Part shown: piece by piece, positions 7,123-15,959 of the stretch
Numbering within the stretch: position 1 is the first letter of the stretch
How the letters are laid out: every line of letters starts with the position of its first letter
Assembly (NCBI GenBank): GCA_038153405.1
Contig: JAYOYH010000073.1
Span: 1-18,517 of the forward strand
Direction: 5' to 3'
From: Gemmatimonadota bacterium
GTDB taxonomy: Bacteria > Latescibacterota > UBA2968 > UBA8231
DNA length: 18,517 nucleotides
Notes under the pieces: model-generated
Told to the model about the DNA's origin: nothing
Seen by the model: only the letters and a program-made list of their open reading frames with translations
The model's database searches: none
Program-made: the position numbers and the translations under genes

Positions 7123-8502
7123 CTACGAAACTTCGCCCAATTCGTGCAAGAGCACGGCCGAGGTGCGCATGCCGCGGTGGAAGTCGCGCAGGGAAAAGCG
7201 CTCGTCAGGGCCGTGCCAATTATCGGTGATCTGTCCCAATCCCACCAGGAGCACGGGCGCTCCGGTGTGTGCGGCGATGTCGACGACGATGGGAATCGAG
7301 CCGCCCTCGCGCGTAATCAGCGGTTGGCAGCCAAACCCTTGGCCGATGGCCCTGAGCGTCGGCGCCACCAGCGGATGGTCAATGTCTAGGTAGTAGGCCG
7401 GCGAACTGTGCGCATGGTCGAATTCGACGCGGGCGCCCTGCGGAACGCGCGCGCGGATGCGCGCCTGCAGCAGCGCTTCTATGTGCGCGGGATCCTGTCC
7501 GGGGACCAGGCGGGCGGAGATGGCTGCGCGCGCCATAGCGGGTATGACGGTGCGCGGACTGCCGCCGCTCAGGTGGTTGATTTCCAGCGTCGGGCGCGTC
7601 CAGCGCTGTTCGAGCAGCGAGTAGCCCTCTTCGCGCCGCAGTGCGGGCACGCCCAGCGTCCGCGCATAGTCTTCTTCGTTTGCATCCAGCGCTTCATAAA
7701 GCTGTTTTTCGCGCGCCGAAAGCGCCTCTACACCCTCGTAAAAGCCCGGCACGTCGATGCGCCCTTCGCCATCGTAGAGCCCGGCCAGCGCCTGCACGAG
7801 CACGGCGTTGGGGTTGTGCACAATGCCGCCGAACAGCCCCGAGTGCACGTCCTGCTTGGGGCCGAACACGCTCAGCTCAAAGTAGGTGATGCCGCGCAGG
7901 CCCAGCGTCAGCGACGGGCGGTCGGGACCATACATGCTGGTGTCGGAGATCACGGTGCAGAGAAAAGGGGCGTACTCTTCCAACCCGCCCGCCCGGACAA
8001 AAGATTCCAGCGCACCGCTGCCGCATTCTTCTTCGCCCTCAATGACGAAGAGCAAATCGACCGGCAGTTCGGCTCCCGTTTGCAGAATGGTCTCAGCCGC
8101 TTTGATGTGTGCGAAGGTCGGCCCCTTGTTGTCGCTGGCTCCGCGCGCGATCATGTAGCCGTCGCGCCGCTCGGCGGCAAAGGGGTCGACGGTCCAGGCT
8201 GTGCGCGGATTGTCGACGCCCTGCACGTCGTAGTGGCCGTAGACCATGACAGTGGGTCGATCGCCCGAAAAGCCTGGGCTGCGCGCGATGACCAGCGGGT
8301 TAGTGTTGGCGCTGACCTGCACCTTCTCTGCGGCAAAATCCATGCGCGCGAACTGTCCCACTAGGAAATCGGCCGCCTGCTGTATGGCCCTTTCGCTAGC
8401 GCCGTCCGATCCGGCACTGATGCTGGGAATGCGGACGAAATCGGCCAATTGGTCGATGCATTCATCAACCCGGTCGTCTATGCGTTTGAGCAAGTTTTGC
8501 AT
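7123..8502 (-). CDS. M20/M25/M40 metallo-dipeptidase (Dug1/CNDP-like ArgE/DapE family), 459 aa
   Basis: YGHYDVQ, RGASDNKG, EGEEECGS, GLRG, DVHSG, EGGSIP, NWHGPDE motifs; GGAG RBS. Confidence 0.93.
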   Translation of the reverse strand: MQNLLKRIDDRVDECIDQLADFVRIPSISAGSDGASERAIQQAADFLVGQFARMDFAAEKVQVSANTNPLVIARSPGFSGDRPTVMVYGHYDVQGVDNPRTAWTVDPFAAERRDGYMIARGASDNKGPTFAHIKAAETILQTGAELPVDLLFVIEGEEECGSGALESFVRAGGLEEYAPFLCTVISDTSMYGPDRPSLTLGLRGITYFELSVFGPKQDVHSGLFGGIVHNPNAVLVQALAGLYDGEGRIDVPGFYEGVEALSAREKQLYEALDANEEDYARTLGVPALRREEGYSLLEQRWTRPTLEINHLSGGSPRTVIPAMARAAISARLVPGQDPAHIEALLQARIRARVPQGARVEFDHAHSSPAYYLDIDHPLVAPTLRAIGQGFGCQPLITREGGSIPIVVDIAAHTGAPVLLVGLGQITDNWHGPDERFSLRDFHRGMRTSAVLLHELGEVS

Positions 8503-8574
8503 GGGGTATTCTCCGCGTGGTCCCGTGAAAAAATCCTTGTTAGAACTTGTAAAAGAAATAGTTACGACAGTTGA

Positions 8575-9771
<1,197 letters not shown>

Positions 9772-9777
9772 GCGGGG

Positions 9778-9822
9778 GTGCGTCCTCTGGTCGCCTCGTC
9801 TTGGAGGGACTAGGGAACGCAT
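9778..9822 (+). other. Long intergenic hairpin directly after the gap stop codon
   Basis: gtgcgtcctctggtc (9778-9792) pairs with gactagggaacgcat (9808-9822) with one mismatch and G-U pairs; inner cctc/gagg stem; no U-tract. Confidence 0.55.
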
Positions 9823-9852
9823 GCACTGGAACGTGCGAAGGAGGTTTAGTCC

Positions 9853-10809
9853 ATGGGCGAATGGTGGTGGTGGCTACTAACCTGCGGCTTTAGTCTTTAC
9901 TTCGTGGTACTACTGCTGGAGTTCAATCGCCCTGCGCAGAAGCTACAGGAGCAGATTGACAATCAGGAGACGCGCCGCATCGATATGGCTCGGCGCTACG
10001 AGACTGCTCAAAAGCATATCGAAGAAATGAACGCCCGTCAGGACAAGCTCGATCACGAGATGACAACCCTGGAGGAGCGGCGTCAGGAAGCTCTTCCAGG
10101 GGCCAATAGGCGGTTTATGGTCCACATTCCCAGCGGCCCCTTCGTCATGGGCGGACGCGATGAGGACAGTCCGCGCAGCGAGCGTCCAGCCCATACGGTA
10201 TTCCTGTCGGATTACTACATAGCGCTCTTCCCGACGACCAACCAAGAGTATCGCGAGTTCACGCAGTGCACGGGTCACCGCATTCCCATCCACTGGCAGC
10301 GCGGCACGTTTCCTGCCGGCTTGGGCAATCATCCGGTCGTCAACGTCTCTTGGCAGGACGCCACGGCGTTTGCCACCTGGCGCGGTGCGCGCCTGCCGAC
10401 AGAAGCCGAGTGGGAGAAGGCCGCACGCGGTGGGTCGGATGATCCCTATCCGTGGGGCTCGCGCTTTCAGGACGGCGAACGCTGCAACGGCAACGGCGTG
10501 GTCGGCACGACGACGCCGGTAAATGAATTTCCCGATGGACGCAGCCTCACGTATGGCGTGTGGGATATGGCGGGCAATGCCTACGAGTGGTGCCATGATT
10601 ACTATGACGAAGAGTACTACAAGAGCAGTCCGGCGACCAATCCCAAGGGTCCCGACGGCGGACAGGAGCGCGTGGTGCGCGGAGGCTGTTTTATGGATAC
10701 CCGTGCCATTTTGCGTTCCACCCACCGCAACGGCGTAGTAGAGGTAACGACGCGCGATACCATAGGTTTTCGCATAGCGATGAATGCCGACGGTGCGGAG
10801 ACGGGTTGA
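9853..10809 (+). CDS. Membrane-anchored coiled-coil protein with C-terminal FGE-sulfatase (SUMF1/EgtB/PvdO) domain, 318 aa
   Basis: AAGGAGG RBS; N-terminal TM and coiled coil, then GPFVMG, ERPAH, PVVNVSW, RLPTEAEWEKAARG, DMAGNAYEW, RVVRGG, GFR. Confidence 0.92.
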   Translation: MGEWWWWLLTCGFSLYFVVLLLEFNRPAQKLQEQIDNQETRRIDMARRYETAQKHIEEMNARQDKLDHEMTTLEERRQEALPGANRRFMVHIPSGPFVMGGRDEDSPRSERPAHTVFLSDYYIALFPTTNQEYREFTQCTGHRIPIHWQRGTFPAGLGNHPVVNVSWQDATAFATWRGARLPTEAEWEKAARGGSDDPYPWGSRFQDGERCNGNGVVGTTTPVNEFPDGRSLTYGVWDMAGNAYEWCHDYYDEEYYKSSPATNPKGPDGGQERVVRGGCFMDTRAILRSTHRNGVVEVTTRDTIGFRIAMNADGAETG

Positions 10810-10847
10810 TGTAGCGGCATTTGGCCGATTACACGGAGAGACTAGCG

Positions 10848-11393
10848 ATGTTTGAAGAAGTTTGGAGAGCGTACGAAGAGAACGAGTTAAGCCACAGCGC
10901 CGCGCACCACCTGATGTCAATTCACGAGCTGCGCAGCCAGAGCGGCTATGCGCGCGTCTCCGACATCGCCAAACATCTCAGCATCACCAAAGGCAGCGTT
11001 TCCACCGCCATGAAGCTGCTCAAAGACCGCGGCTACGTGCAGGAAGACCACAATAAATTCCTCGAGCTAACGGAAAAGGGGCTCAAGGTGGTGCAGGAGA
11101 CGGAGGCCACGCGCTTGGTCGTGCAGAAGTTTCTGTCCGATGCGCTGGGCATGGACGAAGACGATGCCATGATCGACGCCTGCAAAGTCGAACATCTCAT
11201 TAGCTCGGAGGCGCGTGCGCGTCTGGTATACTTCCTGCGCATACTCTTTTCCGACAAGCCGCAGGCACGTGACTTTATGTCAATGTTTAATGCGAGCATC
11301 TTTTCCTGTCGCGACGGCAACGTAGAAGACTGTCACCTGTGCGATGACGTGTGCTATGGCAATCCCAATTTGGTAGAGCAAGAAGGCAATTGA
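10848..11393 (+). CDS. DtxR/MntR-family metal-dependent transcriptional regulator with Cys-rich C-terminus, 181 aa
   Basis: ATG 10848 preferred (GGAGAG 7 nt upstream). wHTH ARVSDIAKHLSITKGSVSTAMKLL, LTEKG, dimerisation motif DACKVEHLIS. Confidence 0.9.
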   Translation: MFEEVWRAYEENELSHSAAHHLMSIHELRSQSGYARVSDIAKHLSITKGSVSTAMKLLKDRGYVQEDHNKFLELTEKGLKVVQETEATRLVVQKFLSDALGMDEDDAMIDACKVEHLISSEARARLVYFLRILFSDKPQARDFMSMFNASIFSCRDGNVEDCHLCDDVCYGNPNLVEQEGN

Positions 11394-11415
11394 ACGCAGC
11401 GCGCGCCGATAGTTC

Positions 11416-11448
11416 ACCGGGTCAGATTTTTCTGGCCCGGTTTTTTTT
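11416..11448 (+). terminator. Rho-independent terminator
   Basis: Stem accgggtcaga / tctggcccggt with a 4-nt loop, followed by T8 (11441-11448). Confidence 0.85.
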
Positions 11449-11462
11449 GTAGCTTTGTTCTC

Positions 11463-12431
11463 ATGCTGATCTTCCTACAAAAACAATTCCTGCCCGTTGG
11501 TCTAGTCTGCGCGGCGCTCGTCGGTCTATCCATGCCGGCGCCGGGCATTTACATGGCGACCCTGCCCACGCAGTATGTGGCGGTGAGCATCATCTTCTTT
11601 GTCTCGGGTCTGCTGCTGCGCACCGATGAAATACGCGCCGCCGTCTCGGCCTGGCCGGCGACGCTGTGGGGCTGCGTGTCCATTCTCGTGTTAACGCCGG
11701 TTATCGGTGCGTTGATTGCCGTGCGATTGCCCATGGAGCCGGTCTTTCAAATTGGTTTGGCGCTTTTTTGCTGTATGCCGACGACGCTCTCGTCGGGCAT
11801 TGCGCTGACGGGTCAGGCGCGCGGCAACGTGGCGTTGGCGCTACTGCTGACGGTACTGACCAACATCGGCGGCATATTCACCGTGCCCTTTGCTCTGGCG
11901 CTCTTGCTCAACCCGCTGCTGCAGACGATAGGTCCGGTCGAATTGTCGGCCGCTGACCTATTGGCCAAGCTCTGCGTCTCCATCCTGCTGCCGCTGGCTG
12001 CCGGCAAGTATCTGCGCCGCTTTGTTGGGGACTGGGTTGCAACGCACCGCACGCGTCTGAGCCTGACCAGCAACGCGGCGCTGATCAGCGTGCCGTGGAT
12101 GAAGTTTAGCCAGTCGTCCGAACGCCTGATGCAGGTAGCACCGCTAGAACTGGTCCTCCTAGTGGCGGCGGGATTGGCCATACACGTGCTCTATCTGGCC
12201 CTCAATATGAGCGCCATTAAGCTCCTGCCCATTGGCTGGGCCGAAGGCAAGGCGGTCGTGCTGCTGGCCAGCCAAAAGACGCTGCCGGTGGCCGTGACGG
12301 TGCTGGCCTTTCTGCCCGTGCCCGAAGAGACCAAAGGCCTGATAGCCATTCCCTGCATCACCTTCCATTTCGGGCAGATCTTTCTCGACGCATTTATTGC
12401 AACGCACTGGGGTAATCGCGCCGCTAGCTGA
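11463..12431 (+). CDS. Bile acid:sodium symporter (BASS/SBF-like) family transporter, 322 aa
   Basis: About 9-10 hydrophobic segments; IFFVSGL, CMPTTLSSG, GNVALAL, SQKTLP motifs. No clear RBS, so the start is slightly uncertain. Confidence 0.92.
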   Translation: MLIFLQKQFLPVGLVCAALVGLSMPAPGIYMATLPTQYVAVSIIFFVSGLLLRTDEIRAAVSAWPATLWGCVSILVLTPVIGALIAVRLPMEPVFQIGLALFCCMPTTLSSGIALTGQARGNVALALLLTVLTNIGGIFTVPFALALLLNPLLQTIGPVELSAADLLAKLCVSILLPLAAGKYLRRFVGDWVATHRTRLSLTSNAALISVPWMKFSQSSERLMQVAPLELVLLVAAGLAIHVLYLALNMSAIKLLPIGWAEGKAVVLLASQKTLPVAVTVLAFLPVPEETKGLIAIPCITFHFGQIFLDAFIATHWGNRAAS

Positions 12432-12542
12432 GCCCAATGTCCCGGTGCGCTTGCGCTAGATCCGCCCGTTTGACCGCCGCTCCACCTCGCCCTACTTTGC
12501 ATGCCCACCGCCGCCTCGTCCCATCCGCCATGGAGATGTGCT

Positions 12543-14024
12543 ATGCCGCAAAAGCGTCCCAACCTGCTGCTCATTACCACCGACCAGCAGCGCGGCGACT
12601 GTCTGGGTTGTGCCGGACATCCCGTGCTGGAAACGCCCTACCTAGATGAACTGGCCGAAGCGGGCGCCTACCTGCCGCACGCCTATACGTCGGTGCCTTC
12701 GTGCACGCCGGCCCGCGCCGGCATCATCACCGGCATGGACCAGTGGAACCACGGGCGCTTGACGATGACAGGCAACGACGCGCTGGAGTATCCGGCCACC
12801 CTGCCCGGCGAACTGGCCAAGGTCGGCTATCACACCCAGCTCATCGGCAAAGCGCACCACGCGCCGCAGCGCCGCCTCTACGGATTTCACCACATGGTGC
12901 TCGACGAGAGCGGCCGTCGCGGTCCGGGCTTCTACAGCGATTACCACCGCTATTTCGATCGGCACAAAGAGGGCGAATACGGCTACCGCGACCACAGCAT
13001 CGACTGGAATAGCTGGATGGCGCGTCCCTCGCACTTGCCCGAACACCTGCACCCGACCTATTGGACGGCGAGCGAGGGGATCGATTTTGTCGAGCGCCGC
13101 GATCCAACCAAGCCGTTTTTTCTCTGGCTTTCCTTTGCACGCCCGCACTCGCCCTATGATCCACCGCAGACGTATTGGGACATGTACGAAGATCACCCAG
13201 ACATTCCCGAGCCCTACGTCGGTGACTGGGCGGCGGAGTTTGACCGGAATGTGGCCGACACCAATGCGCCGCGCACGCGGCGCAGCGCGCGCCAGACGCG
13301 GCGCGGGCGGGCGGGTTACTACGGCAACATCACCTTTATCGACCACCAGATCGGTCGATTGCTCTACGAGTTTAACCAGCGCGATCCGCAGGGGCTGCGC
13401 GAGACACTTATCATCTTCACCTCCGATCACGGCGACATGATGGGCGACCACCACCACTGGCGCAAGACCTATGCCTATGAGGGCTCTGCGCGCATTCCCT
13501 TTATCGTGCGCTACCCGCTATCGTGGGACCTGCCGCGCGGTGAGACGATCGAGGCGCCCGTCGAGCTGCGCGACATCATGCCGACGCTGCTCGATGCAGC
13601 CGGCGCAGAAATTCCCCCCTCGGTCGATGGCCAAAGCCTGCTCAAGCTAGCCGGTGGCGCGCGCGACGGTTGGCGCGATTTTGTGCAGGGCGAGCACACC
13701 TCGTGCTACACGCGCGAGCACGGCATGCAGTATGTGACCGACGGCAAGGAGAAGTACATCTGGTTTCACCACACTGGTAAAGAGCAGTTTTTCGACTTAG
13801 TTGACGACCCGGGTGAGTGTCGAGAGTTGGCCGCCGATTCCGACCAGCAGGAGCGCGTCGAGAAGTGGCGACTGCGCTTGGCACAGGTTAACGAAAGGCG
13901 CGGCGACCCGCGCGGTCAGGGCGGCCGACTCGTAGCGCAGCCCGACGGCGCGCTGGCCCTTTCGCCTAACTACAACCGGTGGAAAGAGCGAGCTGCAGAG
14001 GTGGAGCACGCTTGGCGCGGCTAG
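12543..14024 (+). CDS. Formylglycine-dependent (family S1) sulfatase, cytoplasmic, 493 aa
   Basis: ATG 12543 with GGAGA RBS; PNLLLITTDQQR, C-x-P-x-R (CTPARAGIITG), GKAH, PHSPYDPP, SDHGD, RKT; no signal peptide. Confidence 0.96.
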   Translation: MPQKRPNLLLITTDQQRGDCLGCAGHPVLETPYLDELAEAGAYLPHAYTSVPSCTPARAGIITGMDQWNHGRLTMTGNDALEYPATLPGELAKVGYHTQLIGKAHHAPQRRLYGFHHMVLDESGRRGPGFYSDYHRYFDRHKEGEYGYRDHSIDWNSWMARPSHLPEHLHPTYWTASEGIDFVERRDPTKPFFLWLSFARPHSPYDPPQTYWDMYEDHPDIPEPYVGDWAAEFDRNVADTNAPRTRRSARQTRRGRAGYYGNITFIDHQIGRLLYEFNQRDPQGLRETLIIFTSDHGDMMGDHHHWRKTYAYEGSARIPFIVRYPLSWDLPRGETIEAPVELRDIMPTLLDAAGAEIPPSVDGQSLLKLAGGARDGWRDFVQGEHTSCYTREHGMQYVTDGKEKYIWFHHTGKEQFFDLVDDPGECRELAADSDQQERVEKWRLRLAQVNERRGDPRGQGGRLVAQPDGALALSPNYNRWKERAAEVEHAWRG

Positions 14025-14053
14025 AGCAGTTGTGGGAATGGCTGGGAGGTGGA

Positions 14054-14833
14054 ATGGTCGATAAAATACCGGTCTACAAGGGCGAGGTTATCCATTCGGA
14101 GCGCGACGAATACGGCGACATTGCCGTAGTGCAGGAGGCGACGTCGCGCACGCTGCACTTTGGTTCGACGGCGCGGCAGAGCACGATGCTGATGGCCGAT
14201 CCCGCGCGGCTGGCGCTGTCCTACACGCGCTGTATGCTCGGCGGCCTGCTCTTTGCACCGCCGCCGCGTTCGGCGCTGATGCTGGGCTTGGGCGGCGGCT
14301 CGCTGCCCAAGTTCTTGCTGCACCACTTTGCCAACTGCCGCGTTGACGCGGTGGAAATGCGTGCGTGCGTCGCCGCAGTGGCCCGCACTTTCTTTGCCCT
14401 GCCCGAGGACGCGCGCTTGGCGCTGAACATACAGAAGGCCGAAGCGTTTCTCGCGCGCGAAGACGTCGGCCCCTACGATTGGTTGCTGATCGACTTGTAC
14501 AACCGCGACGGCATGGCGCCGGTGCTCGACCAGCCCGATCTCTTTGCGCGCTGTCAGCAGATCTTGAGCGAGCGCGGCGTGCTGGCGGCCAATCTGTGGA
14601 CGGGCGACAAAGAAGCATATTTAGCGCGCATAAGCGAGCGGTTGCACGCCGCATTTTCCGGTCGCGTGCTGTCCCTACCTGTTGCCGGCAAGCGCAATGC
14701 GGTGGCGCTGGCCTTTAATTTTGTTCCGCCTTCCCTCGACGATCGATCCTTGCTGCAGTCGGCCCGACAGCTACAGGTGCGCTACGACATCGAATTTGTC
14801 GACTTTTTGCGCGATATCATGCGCCACAATTAG
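14054..14833 (+). CDS. Spermidine-synthase-like class I SAM-dependent methyltransferase, 259 aa
   Basis: GGGAGGT RBS then ATG 14054; RTLHFG..RQS, LSYTR, LGLGGGSL SAM motif, VDAVE, YDWLLID, GVLAANLW. Confidence 0.85.
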   Translation: MVDKIPVYKGEVIHSERDEYGDIAVVQEATSRTLHFGSTARQSTMLMADPARLALSYTRCMLGGLLFAPPPRSALMLGLGGGSLPKFLLHHFANCRVDAVEMRACVAAVARTFFALPEDARLALNIQKAEAFLAREDVGPYDWLLIDLYNRDGMAPVLDQPDLFARCQQILSERGVLAANLWTGDKEAYLARISERLHAAFSGRVLSLPVAGKRNAVALAFNFVPPSLDDRSLLQSARQLQVRYDIEFVDFLRDIMRHN

Positions 14834-14848
14834 GAAGCAATCTGCGCA

Positions 14849-15352
14849 ATGCCAGCAGTCATTGAGGAGCAGCTAGAGGCTTGGGGCATCGAGTTTCAGA
14901 AAGTGAAACACCCTCCCGTGTACACCTACGCCGAGGCCGAGCAAAAAGTGCCAGCACTGCCCGGAGCGCACACGAAGAACCTCTTTCTGCGCGACCGCAA
15001 GGGAAGGCGGCACGTTCTCGTGGTCGTGCGCGGTGACAAGCGAGTCGATCTCGGGGCGTTGGCCCGTTTGCTGAACGCGGACAAGTTAGGCATGGCATCG
15101 CGCGCGCGCCTGCAGAATTACCTCGGCGTCGAGCCAGGCGCGGTGACGCTGCTGGCGCTGGTCAACGACGTGGAAAAAGCAGTGGAGGTCGTGATGGATC
15201 GCGACGTGTGGTCCGCACAGGCCCTACAGTGCCATCCGCTGGTCAATACGGCGACGCTGGTCATTGCGCGCGCCGATATCGAGCGCTTTTTGGAGAAAAC
15301 AGGACAGGTCTGGCGCGTCGTCGACGTGCCCTCGCGCGCCGACGACGAATGA
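14849..15352 (+). CDS. YbaK/aminoacyl-tRNA deacylase family, ProXp-ala (PrdX)-type tRNA editing protein, 167 aa
   Basis: HPPVYT, TKNLFLRD, LGVEPGAVT, HPLVNTAT motifs. Confidence 0.92.
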   Translation: MPAVIEEQLEAWGIEFQKVKHPPVYTYAEAEQKVPALPGAHTKNLFLRDRKGRRHVLVVVRGDKRVDLGALARLLNADKLGMASRARLQNYLGVEPGAVTLLALVNDVEKAVEVVMDRDVWSAQALQCHPLVNTATLVIARADIERFLEKTGQVWRVVDVPSRADDE

Positions 15353-15410
15353 GATGGCGGCGCGCACCAGCCGCTGCGCAGGGCGTTATTATTAGGAATC
15401 GGGCGACCTA

Positions 15411-15953
15411 TCAGCGCTCCGTGCGATTGCTCTCAATGGTCTCCACGTCCCACAGGTTGGAAAACTTCAGCGCGCGCGGGCAGTGGCCGTAGGCCTCGTC
15501 CACGTCAATGAGCAGCCCCTGTACGAGCTTGGTGTTATCGTCGTGCCAGTAGACCGATAGTTCGGCCTCCAGCGCTGCGACTTCTTCTTGGGCAATGGGC
15601 CGCGCGCGCCCGTTGACGCGCACGGTGCGATCGTTGCCGGGAATAAAGAAGAGCAGGCCGACGCGGCCGTTGCTATCGACGTTGCCGTAGCTTTGAAAAA
15701 GGCGGTTGCCGGCTACGTCGGGCAGGAGCAGGCGCCGCTCGTCCAGCACGCGCACAAAGCCGGGCGTGCCGCCGCGCGGCGAGGCGTCGCAGTGTCCCTG
15801 CGCATCGCTGGTGGCCAGCACGGCAAAGGGAGAGCGACGGATAAAGTCCACGACGTGCTCTTCCATGAATTCGCGCACCTTGGTTCGCGCACCTGCGACC
15901 GGCAGGCCAAAGGCTTCTTGAAAGCGATTGGCCGGTTTTACTTCCCCTGTCAT
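15411..15953 (-). CDS. Pyridoxamine 5'-phosphate oxidase-like FMN-binding protein (MSMEG_1061-type), 180 aa
   Basis: SPFAVLAT, DASPRG, LPD..GN, VGLLFFIPG, RVNGRA, HCPRAL motifs; AAGGGG RBS. Confidence 0.92.
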   Translation of the reverse strand: MTGEVKPANRFQEAFGLPVAGARTKVREFMEEHVVDFIRRSPFAVLATSDAQGHCDASPRGGTPGFVRVLDERRLLLPDVAGNRLFQSYGNVDSNGRVGLLFFIPGNDRTVRVNGRARPIAQEEVAALEAELSVYWHDDNTKLVQGLLIDVDEAYGHCPRALKFSNLWDVETIESNRTER

Positions 15954-15959
15954 ATGGCA

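Noticed and set aside
7408..8364. Long antisense ORFs (also 9943..10920, 12642..13457, 9214..9822, 2352..2930)
   Set aside because: They lie opposite better-supported genes, have no motifs, and are expected in high-GC DNA.
8537..8567. Rex-like or other operator upstream of gap (ttgtaa-N9-ttacga)
   Set aside because: Spacing and sequence do not fit TTGTGAA-N4-TTCACAA; likely an AT-rich chance match.
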